Shown here: piece after piece, positions 1-13,314 of the stretch
Position numbering within the stretch: position 1 is the stretch's first letter
Layout: each line of letters opens with the position of its first letter
Source: Lama guanicoe
Taxonomy: Eukaryota
Length of the DNA: 64,000 nucleotides
Direction of reading: 5' to 3'
Assembly: GCA_013239625.1 (NCBI GenBank)
Contig: MU054323.1
Coordinates: forward strand, 9,827,186-9,891,185
Position numbers and translations under genes: made by a program
Notes under the pieces: generated by a model
What the model saw: the letters and a program-made list of their open reading frames with translations, nothing else
What the model was told of the DNA's origin: nothing
Databases searched by the model: none

Positions 1-1779
1 CTGCTGCTCCTCGGTGGGAACGTGGTCATTTGCTTTACAGGGATTTCACTTTGGTGCCGGAGCAAGTTGTCTGCATCGACTTCATGTGGTTATAAAGAAA
101 GTTCATGAATGCCAACAAAGGTTTCTAATCCGGAGGTACAGCCCATACAAAAATCTAAAGAGGTGTTCAAGGAAAACAAGGCACCTCACAGGCCGGCTTT
201 GTTTCTGCTTTCTGCATGGGCAGACCTGTTAGTCAGAAGTGTGGAGGGAAAAGAAGACTCACCAGATCAGCCAGTAACAGGTAGCACCTGTTTCCAGCCC
301 CGCCAATCTCCAGGGCTGCCCAGGTCCTCTAGAAGGCTAGGCTTGAGGCTGCCAACTCTCCCCTAGAATAAAAGTCCTGTGTAGAGAGCAGGCTCTTATC
401 TCACCCTGACTCATTCCCCCCATTAGACTCACTATGCTTTTAAGCTTCTGAAGCACAGGGATTAAGAGAGGTGTTCTCCACTTGAAACATATCATTAGAT
501 GACAGCCAACTCTTCTGGATTCTTTTAGAGGTGCCTGGAATTTCTGAACCATTCTAGAGTTGATTCAATCCATAAATATTTATTGAGGGTCTGTTATGAT
601 GATGGGTCAGCTCCAGGCCGTAGGCTGCCTCAAATAAAGTGGGCCAGGAACTATGAGGTGGGTCAAGATGCTGGGCATGGTGACAGGTGGTTGGCATGCC
701 AGAGATTACAGCTGGGGGTCAGTTCATTGGGAAAGGAGATGTGCAGTTACCATGGACCCAAACATCAAAGTCAAGGGCCGATGCTGACAGAGGAGCAAAG
801 GCCAGATACACATCACACAGAATCTGCATAAGAGAGCCAAGGCTAATGCTCAGTAGTTCCCAGGGAACAGAGGAGACATAGTCCTGGCCAGAGAGTAGAG
901 GCTGAGAGCCAGTATCCTTTCTGGAAAACAGGGGTCATTTCTTACATGGTCAGCATCCTATCCCCAATATCTGGCACAGTGATCAATTCAGGTGCTCGGG
1001 CCAAGCAGGAGGGCAGGGCTGTGATCATCTATGTAGATACCCATACGTCAAGGTTTGGGGTCCAAGGTGGGCATCAGGAAACAAGCAGGGAAAATTGTTC
1101 AGACCCAGAGTCTGGGAAAGGCAGCTCAGGATCCAGAACAGGCGGGTGGGGTCACCTAATAGCCCAATGAAGTTATAAAAGCTGGTTCCAGGAAATTCTC
1201 AGGATTAATTGTAGAATTAATTTCACGATTAGTCATTTTAAGCAGCCTTCTTTGCTGGACTGAGGACTGAAACCATGTCCATCTTACTCATAGGGTGTCG
1301 CCAGCCTGCCACAGAGCCTGGCATGAAATACATGCTCAGTAAATGTGTGTGCAGGGAGCAACTGCTCCCAGAGAAAAGTGGGGATCTGCAGGGGCTAGAG
1401 CACAGGTCCAGGGCCCAGAGAGTCCTCACAGGTCAATGCAGAGGGAGAAATGTTTTTCTTCCAAGTTATAGAAATCAGGTGAAGCCAACAGAGCCCAGAT
1501 TTCAGATTGAGAGCAGGCAACAAGATGCCAACCTTCTATTTCATGTTCCTCACATTGTCACCCTCCTGGGTCTCCTTCAGAAGAGAGATGGGGACTCAAA
1601 TGACAACAGTCATTCACCATTCCCATGGCCCAGTCTCTGATGGCTATGCGTAGGTGGAAACCAAGCTAACAACTTCAGCGTGAGACTGAAATATTCCGTA
1701 TCCCCATGTCCAGGTGGGTGGCCTTGAGCAAGTCATTTAACTGGTCTCTATTGTAGCCTCAAACTGTTTCCTCATCTGT

Positions 1780-3593
1780 CCTGAGCAGAAGCTTTTTAGT
1801 TTGATGTAGTCCCATTTGTTTATTTTTGCTTTGGTTACCTTTCTTTTGGTGTCAAATTCAAAAAATCATTGCCAAGACCACTGTCAAGGAGCTTACTCTC
1901 TCTGCGTTTTCATCCAGGAGTTTTAGTTTCAGCGTACGTTCAAGTCTGTCATTCATTTTGTGCTGATTTTTGTAAGATAGGGGTTTAGTTTCATTCTTTT
2001 GCTTGTGGCTGTCTATGTTTCCCCAGCACCATTTATTTAAGAGACATTCCTTTCCCCATTGTATATTCTTGGCTCCTTTATTGAAAATTAATTGACTATA
2101 TATGCACGGGTTTACTTCTGGGCTCTCTATTCTGTTCCACTGGTCTATGTACCTGTTTTAATGACAGTACTATACTGTTTTGATTACTATAGTTTTGTAA
2201 TAGTTTGTGGTTTAAAATCAGGAAGCATGATGCCTCTAGCTTTGTGTTTTTTCTTCTCAAGATTTCTTTGACTATTTGGGGTCTTTTGTGTTTCCATACA
2301 GATTTTAGGATTGTTTTTTCTATTTATGTGAAAAGTGTATTGGAATTTTCATAGAGATTGCATTGAATTTGTAGATTGCTTTGCATAGTATGAACATTTT
2401 AACAATATTAATTCTTTCAACCTATGAGCTCAGAATAGCTAAAGGAAATCATCACAAAATAAAAGGGCAACCCATAGGACAGAAGAAAATGTCAGCAAAC
2501 CACCATATCTGATACAGGATTAATATCCAAAATATATAAGGAACTCATATAACTCAGCAAAAAAACAAATAACCCAATTTGAAAATGGGCAATGGATCCA
2601 ATTAGATATTTTTCCAAAGAAGACACATAAATGGTCAACAGGTATATGAAAAGGTACTCACGAATTATCGGGAAAATGCAAATCAGAACACCATAATGAG
2701 ATATCATTTCACACCTGTTAGAATGGCTGTTATCAAAAAGACAAGAAATGCTGGCTAGATTGTGGAGAAAAGGGAACCCTCCTACACTGCTGGTGGGAAT
2801 GTAAACTGGTACCATCACTACAGAAAACACTGTGGATATTAATCAAGAAATTGAAAATAGAACTTCCACATGAGCCAGCAACCCCACGTCTGGGTATATA
2901 TCCAACAGAAACAAAACCACTATCTCAAAGAGACATCTGTACTTCTATGTTCATGGCAGTATGCGTCACAATAGTCAAGGTATGGAAACAATGTAAGTGT
3001 CCATTGATGCGTGAATGGTTCAAGAAAATGTGGTATCAGTATACAATGAAATATCATTCAGCCTTAAAAAAGAAGGAAATCCTATCACTTGCAACAACAT
3101 GGAAGAAACTAGAGGGAATGATGCTAAGTGAAATCAACCAGATAAAGACAAATCCTGCATGGTATCAGTTATAGATAGAATGTAAAAAATAAATCCACAT
3201 TTCTTTTTAAAAGGTCAAACTCATAGAAACAGAGATTAAGAAAGTGGTTGCCAGGGGCTGGGGGAAGAAATAGGAAGAAGCTGGTAAAAGTGTACAAACT
3301 TTCAGCTACAACATAAGGTCTGATGATCTACTGTAAACATGCTGACTATAGTTGACTGTATCTGTACAACTGAAATTTGCTAAGAGAGTAGAACTGAAGG
3401 GTTCAAACACACATACACACACACACACACACAAAGGCAAATGTGTGAGGTGATGGATGTGTTAATTAACTCAATGTGGGGAATCCTTTCCCAATACATA
3501 TGTGTTTCAAATCATCATGTTGTAACTTTAAATATCTTACCATTGTGTAAATTATACCTCAATAAAGCTGAAAACAGAACAAAACAAAACAAG
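1780..3593. mobile_element. L1 (L1MA9/10-like) with inverted 5' segment: 1780-~2436 minus, ~2437-3593 plus
   Basis: L1 ORF2-derived sequence on both strands, and an L1MA-type 3' UTR ending aataaagctgaaaa. A 19-bp TSD: aaactgtttcctcatctgt (1761-1779) / aaactatttcctcatctgt (3594-3612). It interrupts a MIR. Confidence 0.9.
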
Positions 3594-4278
3594 AAACTAT
3601 TTCCTCATCTGTAAAATGAAGGCACTAGGCTAGGAAAAGACTCTGTGGTTTTTTTTCTTTCCTGATATCCTGTGATTCAATTTTTCTGGTCTGTTTTGAA
3701 GAGGATTCGGATTAGGACTGACCCACGATGAAAACATGTGGTGGCTCCTGAGCTTCTGAGGAGCACTGGATCGGGTCTAGAAGAAATGCATGCAGGCACC
3801 CTCTGTCTTCCGTTTCCATGGCGTTTGGTTCTGGAACGCCGTGTCTGTGAGGAAGGTGAGGCATATTTCCTGTAGGCAGTTGCTTATGTTCCCTAGGCCC
3901 TCTGGGGAGGAAGCAGCATGACAAAGCTGAAAGCCTGCTGGACTTAGAAATGAGGAGACCTGGATGCTGGTTCCAAACCAGGCGTGACTTGGCAACTCGC
4001 CCATCCTCTTTGGGTGTCCATTTGCACATCTCTGGTGGACAGAATGCCCACCCTGCCAGCCTCATGAGACTGTTGGAAAAGGCCCCCCCAAAAAATTAAG
4101 TGCTAAACAGATGTGTCATATTGTTACAAACATCCTGTCAAATGGCTGGTAGGACATGAGGGAACAGGCGGAGCAAATGGTCCCTAGTTTGTATGCACAA
4201 AGGATTCTCTAAAGATTTGTACATTCTAGAAAATGATGATGAAAGTTGGACTTTGTGAGTCTGTCTGGTAATGTGGCA

Positions 4279-4490
4279 ATGTGGCATAGCTGTCAGACCA
4301 GTAAAACCAGAGGATCACGATTCCGACATTGCTATTTACTAGCTGAGTGACTGTGTGCCTATCACTTCATCTCCCTTGAGCCTCAGTTTCCTCATCTATA
4401 AAATGGGCATAATCTTCTTGCCCTGCCTACTTTCCAAAGACCTCACTGGATCAAATAAGATCGTTGTTTCTAAAAATGTGGCTCGCTCTA
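4279..4490 (+). mobile_element. MIR SINE
   Basis: MIR core: gagcctcagtttcctcatctataaaatggg. Confidence 0.8.
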
Positions 4491-6919
4491 AAGAACACAC
4501 TGGGCATCAGTGCTGCTGGGAGTGTTGGGCACTTAGCAGAAACTCCTAGTAATTAGCCCTGCTGAGCCAGTGAGGCACATAGAATAGACAGACACCTACA
4601 TGAGATGATTTTTGGGCAACTACAAGGCTTTATCTGCCTCCAAAACTTTCCCCTCCTCCCCAGCCTAGACTCCTTCCCCCTTAGAATCACTCCCATGGAG
4701 CAAGTTCAGTTGAGAGACAGCTTGGAGCACAAGGGTGTCCGGGCAGAGGGCAAGGAGGGGCTGGAATCCAACCTTGATTTCACCCAGTAGGGCTTGTGCC
4801 TGCCCAGAGGGAGGGGTGCTTTTCTCGAATGCTCATGGATGGCCTGCCCTATGGACCAGCATATCCCTCACGTGGAGATTAGGAAGCAAGTGATCAGGAT
4901 TTAAATGATCAAATGTTCCCTGGAATGGGAGGCTCACTCTTCCCCTGCCTCCTGCTAGTAAATAGAATTCTGGAGAAATCAAATGCCAACCAGCGAATTC
5001 TCTGTCTGTGTGTAAACCTCAGTCCTCGGGGGTGTGGCAAGAGAGGGCAGTATGATGGAACCCACTCAAGAAGCCCAGTGTTGGCCCTGGGAGCTGCAAG
5101 TCGTGGGCCAATGCTGGATGAGAGAGCAGGGCAGAGAGGCACCCATTGGGTTCCGGGGGAAGAGGTAATGGAGGGTAGCTTGTCCAACACAACCTGGCCT
5201 GACCTCAGACTGTTGCTGAAGGTCAGTCCTTCCAGATTAAGCTGTAGGGGAATAGCTACATGTGAGGGGTCCCAGGGCTCCACTTTCTGACCCCTTGAAT
5301 GAGCTCTTAGCTTTCCCCTCAAAGTGCTCGCTCATTCTGGCAACATGGGCAGAACCTGAGCACAGCTAGGTGGCTTCAAGTCAACAGGAATAAGCAGCCA
5401 AGGCCACTCCAAGGTCGCTGCATCAACATGGACTCTAGTGACTCTCGTGCCCCCTCCTTTCTCTCCAGAAGAGACACCCCATTGTCTGAGACAGTCCTCC
5501 AGGAAGTTCTGGGAACTGGACTCTGGACAATAAACAGAGACAGTGGATGGTGCCATCATGGCACCATAATGGGAAGGGAAGGAGGTTCTCCTTCAGGGCG
5601 GGCAGCATAATAAACCAGGGTGTAGCTCCCCATAAACCTTGGCAGTGCAGCCTTGCAGCCAAGGGCATGCGAACCTCACAGCAAGGGGGTGGGTCTGGAG
5701 CCAGGCATCCCCTCCAGCTTTCTAGACAAGCAGAGGGGCCACAAAAAAGGGCTTTCCTTCTGGTGGAATGAGGGCTCTAACTTAACCCTTCCCTGTGGAA
5801 TCCATCCCCTCACCTGGGAGTCTGAGAAACTTACCTATGGAGAGAAGGAAAAAGAAGAAGACATTGCACACCCTCCCTGAACCTCCCATTTTGAAGAATG
5901 TGGAATAAAGGGCTACTTATTATCAGAGATCTGGATGAAGTCGTAGACGTAAACCCTTCAAAGTATTTTCAAAAGTTCCTTCAATTTTAGTGCAAAATTA
6001 ATCTGAAGGCCACAGAGTCACCTCTTTTTAAGAACAGATATTATGTGAATATATTATCGCAGCTGACCCTTCCAGCCCTCACTTCTCGTGCTGTTGTCCG
6101 TACTTTTTGATATGTTTGAACACCCTTGGAGCATTAGGAAGAACACTCAGTCCAATTTCTTCAGTTATAAGATGTGAGGTTTGAGCCAAGAATTTTTAGG
6201 TGCCTTTACAGAATTAAAATCCTATTCTTCCACTCTAAATTAAATTCCAACTACACGTGTGGAGTACCTGCCATGGGCCAGGCACCATGGTGAGTGATTC
6301 TGTGTACACGATCTTATTTAATCTATGATTCCATCACTGCACACCCACTTCCCAGCCAGACAAGTTTATGGAGATCTACCCAGGCTGGATGTCCCATCCC
6401 AAAGACACCCAAGGATGGACATTAAAAGTGATGCAGTGCATCCAGGAGGGAACATCCAAGATTCAAACAAACCCACATTCCACCTACAGCAGCAAGCATG
6501 AGGTGCTGGCAGAAAGGTGGATGCCTTGTAACAGATCCAAGAGGGAATGGGTACCACCTGCCTAGTCTATAGGTGGAAGAGAGCTGTTTAGGGCTGCAGT
6601 TCAGACACTTTCATACTTACAAAAAGCAATTGAAAGCTACTGGGTCATTCTATTTGCTCTTAAAGGGAGAGGTCTGGGCCAGGCAGAGAATGGTCGTGGG
6701 AGAAAGGAAGCTAAAACCAAAGGAGGCATTAAGGTCAAGTCCATGATTCTTGTGTTAAGACTTGAGGTGGATCTGCAGGTGTTCAGGAACAAGGCTTCCC
6801 ATCTTTTCCCTGTTTCCCTAAGATTCTCTAGAGTTTCACGGTCCCCAGTTTGTGAAAACAACTCTCCTGAAGGTTTAGTTGACTCATGTACCTCTTCTCC
6901 TTGGTTAGCTGGCTCTCCT

Positions 6920-7075
6920 TAGGTCATAACGTAACTATTTGACTTTGAACGAGTATTTGAATTCACTGGGCCTCAGTGTTCTCAACTGTAAAACGAACCT
7001 TCTGAGGACTAAAGGAGATACCACCTGTTACATGCCTGGCACAGGATAAGCAGTCAGCAATTGCTGGATGTGAGT
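6920..7075 (+). mobile_element. MIR SINE
   Basis: gggcctcagtgttctcaactgtaaaa...gcctggcaca core similarity. Confidence 0.65.
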
Positions 7076-7549
7076 ATTACTGTTCCTTCAAATGGGAGAG
7101 CCAGAAGAAGAGAACAGCCAATTTGGAACCAGATCAACCCTACCGTCTTCCCTAAAGGACAAAGTGCCACTTCTTCCCTGAGGACATCGGTCTTTGGCCC
7201 ATCACATCAGGCACAGGACAGCTTGTAGTCACACAGCAGAGTCGGTCAGCCAACCACACGGCACCCCTGGGCCTCATCAAATATTGATGGGGTGTATGAT
7301 GTCTTCTGAACACAATACACTGCTCCTCAAGCACGAGCCTGACCTTCCCTGACCCCAGAGGAGGGTGAGGACTTTCCACATCTTTAAGCGGCTGCATATC
7401 TAGTAAATCTTGCCCTCATCAAGGGCAACCATCACGTGTCCCATCCCTTTCATGGCAGGATGGAAGCCCCCACTGCCTGCTTTTCGGTTTTTCCTGAGAA
7501 GCCAGCTCCCCAAGAGGGAAGGAGCAGAGATGAAGACTCACATTGGAAG

Positions 7550-7760
7550 CACGTCTTCTGTGCCAAGGGCTTGACAGAGGGCTGTGTGTGCATAATCCAT
7601 TTTAATCCCAACAGGAGCCCCTATAACATGGGCGGCACTGGCTGGAGTTTGTAGGTGAGGGCACTGGGATACAAGGCGATTCATTAGGTAGCTCAAGCAA
7701 GAACGCAGCATTTGTCGAGGGCAGAGCTGATATTTAGACCCATGTCTAAAATCGACGTGC
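7550..7760 (-). mobile_element. MIR SINE (degraded)
   Basis: Reverse MIR-like motifs (ttttaatcccaacag...gtaggtgagggcactggg...gcagagctgatatttagacc). Confidence 0.55.
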
Positions 7761-10700
7761 TTCTGCGGACACTTCTGCTCAGGAAATGAGGACTGAGGAA
7801 GGTGGGGAACCTCCACAGCCCAGCTGGCACTATTCCTGGGACCACTGCCCTGGGCTCAGGCCCCCTCAGCTGTCCTCCTCATGCTAATCTTCCCAAAAGT
7901 GCTGTCTTCCTCGAAGGCTAATCACAAAGTCAAAACTGTAAGTCCTATGGGTCCCTGCTAAGCGATCTCTGACCAGATCAAGCGTCCTCACCCTCTGAAC
8001 CAAACCTTGTTTTCAGCTTCTTTGTAAATAAAGTTACGTTTATTGCTTAAGAATCCCCATTAATAATGGATATTTACTGAGTGGTCCCTGCGATGGGACC
8101 TGGCACCAGGTCGGGGCATGTGGGACACAGGTGTGACACATCAATTTCTTAGCAGAACTGAAATCAGTATTTTCCCTCAAGTTATTTATAATCTACTTAT
8201 AAGTCACAGGGATCATCCTAAGAGTCAATGGTATTTATAAAATGCATGAGAATTTAGATGTTCACTCCCTGTTAGAGCACCACCAAAGGACAATCATACA
8301 TCTCCTGGGCTCTTCATGATAACCTCAGCGGTCAGTAGGGATTATCATGAGGAAACTTGGTCACAGAGTGTTTATGACTGTCCTAGAGTCACAGAGGCAG
8401 TTAGTACTGAGCCAGGACTGGAACCTGGGTCTGTCTTATAAATGATACGAACCACTGTTGTAGAGCCAGTCATTTTAAGGATAAAACGGAAACGAAAAAT
8501 GTGGGCAAAGTGGAGAAGGGAAGTGGAATGGCTTGCCTCAGTTACACAGCTATCTGGGATTTGAACCCAAGCTCCGGAGTCTGGTGCTTAATCATACCTT
8601 CCTCCATGACAACTTGATTTCTATACCCAGTTCCCCTCCATGGAGGAAGCGGAAACCTAACTTCTGTCATTTTGTGATTCCTCTTCCCTTTTCTCTGAAG
8701 TATGTACAAGTTCCAGGGGCAAAGGGGCTTCTCGTCCTGAGGTTTGTCTGGGGTTCACTGACCTGTCTGGGCCTCAGTCATCATGCCCCACATGGGTTGC
8801 CCTCACTGTCCCCTGTTCCTGTCCTCCAGCAGGGTGCCATGCTTAGGGCCAGGGACTCATTCCCCTAGTCTGTGTCACATTAGACTTAGGAAATTCTGTG
8901 AGGCTGGCCAAGGCCTGGTAGGCCAAGGGCCACCATGCAGCCATCCGCTCTGCAGTCTTCCCACTTCTCAGGGCTCCAGTGCAGAAAGCACGGTGCAGGG
9001 CCCCCTTCCAGGGGCCAACAGCCTCTTAGCCCCCATCTCTTGCCTCCCTGATTTCAATTCTCTTGTGTTTCTCCCACACCTCCAGTCTATGCCCATAGTT
9101 CCCTCCAGTCTCCTGAAGACAAAGTTTATGGTGCCCCAAAGATGGGAAGATGCCTTCATTTCTCCCCCTGAGGGGACAGGTCCAGAAAGGCCTGGCTGCT
9201 TTTGGTGGAGTGGGGAGAGGGGTTATGGCAGGCAAGTGAAATACTTGGAGAGGAAAAAAGGCCAAGAAACCTTGATTAATAAGAAATTATCTACATAGAT
9301 GCATATACATACTGAGGGAGATCTGAGAGCATGGATTTAGAAAGGCTTCACAGAATAAATGTAATTAAGGGAGGTCTTACAACAAGTAAACACTGATCAA
9401 CCAAGAGGAGAAGAAAGACAAGCATGTCCACCCAGAAAGCCACCTGGCAGGGAGCCAGGGAAACTGAGGGGACAAGACTATGAATTGCTTCCTTCATGCT
9501 CGAATTAGAGGAAAAGAGAGACAACTAACTTCATTCATTCATTCTTGGGCGCCCACAATGTGCCTGGTGCTGGGGACTCAGCTGAGAACAAAGCTGACAC
9601 CGAAGGTGTGTGGCAGGGTTGGGCCAGCGAGAGGCCACGAGGTCCAGCATTCCACATGGATGCCAGGCCACGTGTCCTCAAGGGCCAGCGGCTCCCAGGG
9701 TGAGGGGTGGACACGAGGTCACAGATGGAGAGTTCTTGGCAGAGGGCCTGATGGAAAGGCCGCTGCTATAGCAATGATCACTGTTTTGAGTCTTCCCCAC
9801 TCAGGAGCCACGTCGCTGTTCGGACTCACGGGCATCTCCACTGTAGGCAGGGGCTGGGCAGAGGAAGCTGGGCACTCTACGTCACGCTCGGTGGCCCCGG
9901 GGACCTGTGTCTCCCGGTGCTGGCAGGGCAGCCCCAGACATTAGCTTTGGCACAAGCACTCCAGGCCCCCAAGCCTAGTGAGAAACCTGCTTCCCAGCAT
10001 GACTCGCACATTCCTTCTGGGTGCAATGCCTTTATATGGACAAGTCCCTGGGCAGGGATCTAACTAACTCTTTACATGCCTTTGCAGAACCTCACACGGG
10101 AGAACAATTTCTCCTCTATCCACTGAAAATGCTGATGCCAAGGGAATGTTTTTGTTTGGTTATTATCCTGTCTCCTCTTGCTGAGATCCTATAACAGTGC
10201 CAGTTAACCAGGGCGGGCATCTGTCTGAGCACCTCGAGGATGGGACTGAATCATCCCTAGGCGGAAGGGAGAGCTTGTTTAGTTGGGTTTGAGGTTGGCA
10301 AGAGTATTGTGTGCCTACTGTGTGCAAAGAGTGGTGTGAGATACACAAAGCTGGAAAATTCTTCATTTCAAGAGAGTCCCTGATACAAGAGGATAAATAA
10401 ATAGTGGTAAGAAAAGGGAACAAGTAATCTGAAAGGAGGGAGACCCCCTAGACCATGGAGCGCTCGTAGAAAGCCTGAGTTTTGATGCAGAAGTCTGTTG
10501 GGAAAGGAAGAGACAATGCAGCTATTTGATCCTCCTCCACCCCAACCCAGAGTGATTGGATAAGGTCAGGCTGTGACAGAGGATCCCTGCTTATCTGTGA
10601 CACCCCCCTGAGCTGGCCTATGTAACCTGGCCGCCTTATCAGGAGCCCTGTCCAGCACAGACAGTGAGGGTCAGCAGAGCAAGGAGGGTGGCAAGGTGGT

Positions 10701-10999
10701 TCCAGGTCCCCACCAAGAAAATGACAAAGCCCGGGCTACCACTAGACTGTGGAACAGCCTTCTAGAAGGTCCCCTTGGCACTAGGCACTCCCTACATCAA
10801 CCCGTGCCAGGTGGGACTTCCATTCTGGACTCTCTGAAAGCCAGTTTGAAGAATGTCCATGTAGGTCTATCCCCTGCCATAAACCTTCAGGGGCTGCTTC
10901 CTACTGCCAAGCTCCTACATCAACTCCTCAGCCCAGCATCCGGTACACTCTCATCATCTGATGGCAGCTTACCCTTCCAGCTTCGCCCCAGGTACTCAC

Positions 11000-12215
11000 G
11001 CTGGTCCTCACTGAGAATACTCTCCCCTCGCTCCACCTCTTGAAATCCCACCCTCTCTCTCAGGATGGCCTCAAATGCCCTTTCCCTCACAGAGGCTTCT
11101 CCGTCCCCACAACTCCCCCTTCCTGCCCATCCCACCCCACCTCCTGAAATGACCCTGCACTCTATACCTGCCTGGTGTCACCTGTCACGCTCCACCCAGA
11201 ACTGGGCCTCTCTTACTCCATTAACTTGGCAGCTCCCTGAGATCAGCCCCCAGCCTGTCCCTGTCTGCCTCCCTTCACCATTAAAGGAGCTCTCTGTGCC
11301 TTTATCCCCTCCGGTGTCCCACTGTCCCTGCTCCCCTCCATGAGCCCCACCTCTCCCTCTCACAAGGTAGGTGGTCAGAGCCACCTGAAGCCTACTGGGG
11401 AGATTCTCTGGTGCTTGTGCATGCAGTTAGCATCGCAAAGTCAGCATTGGATCACCCCTAAATACCCCAATTCCCTTTGCAAAGCACAAACTTTATCCTC
11501 CTCCTGGACTCCTCTATTTCTGCCAATACCACTGCCCAGTGCAACTGGGGCCTTCAAAACCCTCCTCTGCCCCCCACATGCTCAGAGTTCCCTCCGAATT
11601 CATTCCTCAACTGCCCTTTCCCCCGCCCACACCTGTCTCTCCCTGACCTTGCTGCCGCCGTCCATCTCTCTTTTTCAGGCCACCCCCTCCAGCACCAGGC
11701 ACAGATGGACCTTCCCTGGTTGTCAGTCTTCCTGCGCTTTCCTATTGTCAGACCTGGTTCCCTCCTCTACCAAGATGGAGTAACATACACCCGTTCGGCC
11801 AGGCCCAGTCCTCACACTGTTCCCTGTTTATGGCAGCCCTCACCAGGCTTGGCTACCTTTCAAACAGATGCTGTCAGGAGTCCAGGCTGGAAAGCCCAGA
11901 ATCAGCTTTAACTCTTCCTCGCCCTTCAGTGCCCAGATCCACTCACTCTTCCGGTATAATGACTCTGGAATCTCCCTCTTCAGTTCCTTCACCTTCGTTT
12001 GTCATCACCCTCCAACACACTGATTACTCTCTCCTTCCAGGGGCTCCCTTGAGCTGTGGTTCCACTTCTATTCTAGTGCTGAGCACTGGGCTATGAGTCT
12101 GTGTCTCCCATCCCACTGTGAGGCTGGAGATGGGGCTCATCAATCCTGTATCCCTAGTGTGGAGCTAAGGTCTCTTTATATCATAGGTGTTCAATAAGTG
12201 AAGCATTAGATGAGT
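11000..12215 (+). mobile_element. L2 LINE remnant
   Basis: Long pyrimidine-rich degenerate tract ending in an L2-like 3' end (ctgtatccctagtg...taggtgttcaataagtg). Confidence 0.5.
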
Positions 12216-12609
12216 GCTACCCACTTGCCATGTGCAAAATCTGATGGGAAGTGCTAGGTGAACCTTGAACTTGCCCCCTTGGGATGGTTGGGTATGGACA
12301 TACAAGATGGGTAACAGCAGCAGGACACCAGAGAAGTCCAGACTGAGTGCTGCAGGACTTCTCAGAAAGAAGAGGTGACCAGAGGCTGGGGCTTCCAAGG
12401 CATGCAGTAAAACAGACATCCCACTTAAGTAGAGAGTAAGGTTCATGCAAGGAAGAACAGGGGAACAGACAGGAGGGGTTCAAGAGGAAAAATGGCACTT
12501 AGCTTATAAGAGACAGTAAGTAGACCTGTTTGGGGAGGCCAGGTTGGGCAAATGGTCTGGAGTCCAACTTCTGGGTCAGAAAAACACCAGGCTAATACCA
12601 ATCATTTAG

Positions 12610-12850
12610 CTAATTTTTATTGAGCACCTACTAGACACCAAACTCTCATCTATGTCTTGTTCATGAATTATCTTATTTCTTCCAAACTTCTGAGTTAATT
12701 CCTATAATTACAGCCATTTTATAGATGAGAAAACTAAAACACGGGATGGTTATATCACTTGCCTAGAGCCATACAGTGATTAAGTGTTAGAGCGGGGGTT
12801 CAAATCCAGAAAGTTTGATGCCAGTTCTCACACTCATATCCATTATCCTC
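12610..12850 (-). mobile_element. MIR SINE
   Basis: ccattttatagatgagaaaactaa...cacttgcctagagccatacag...ttcaaatccag. Confidence 0.8.
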
Positions 12851-12923
12851 AAAAGTCTCTCAGGCTAAGCTTTGGTCTTTATCCCGGAGGAAGCAGGGAG
12901 ATATTAAAAATGGGGGCAGGGAA

Positions 12924-13314
12924 CATGGAATGTTCTCTAGGATAGATCACATACTCAGACATAAAACAGGCCTCAATACATTTAAGAGGACAGAAATTAT
13001 TTCAAGCATCTTTTCTAACCATGATGGCATAAAACTAAAAATCAACCACAGAAAGAAAAATGAGGAAAAAAATGACTACATGGAGACTAACCAACAAGCT
13101 ACTAAAAAACCAATGGGTCAACAATGAAATCAAAGAAGAAAATACCTTGAGAAAAATAACCATGAAAACACAACCACACAAAATCTATGGGATACAGCAA
13201 AAGCAGTCCTAAGAGGAAAGTTCATAGTGACACAGGCCTTCCTCAAAAATTAAGAACAATCTAAAGTTAACAACCCAACCTACCACCTAAAAGAATTAGA
13301 AAAAGAAAAAAGGG
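12924..13314 (+). mobile_element. L1 ORF2 fragment (end of endonuclease domain), truncated at both ends
   Basis: Translation FSRIDHILRHKTGLNTFKRTEIISSIFSNHDGIKLKIN matches L1 endonuclease motifs. Imperfect flanking direct repeats at 12906-12923 and 13315-13333. Confidence 0.88.
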
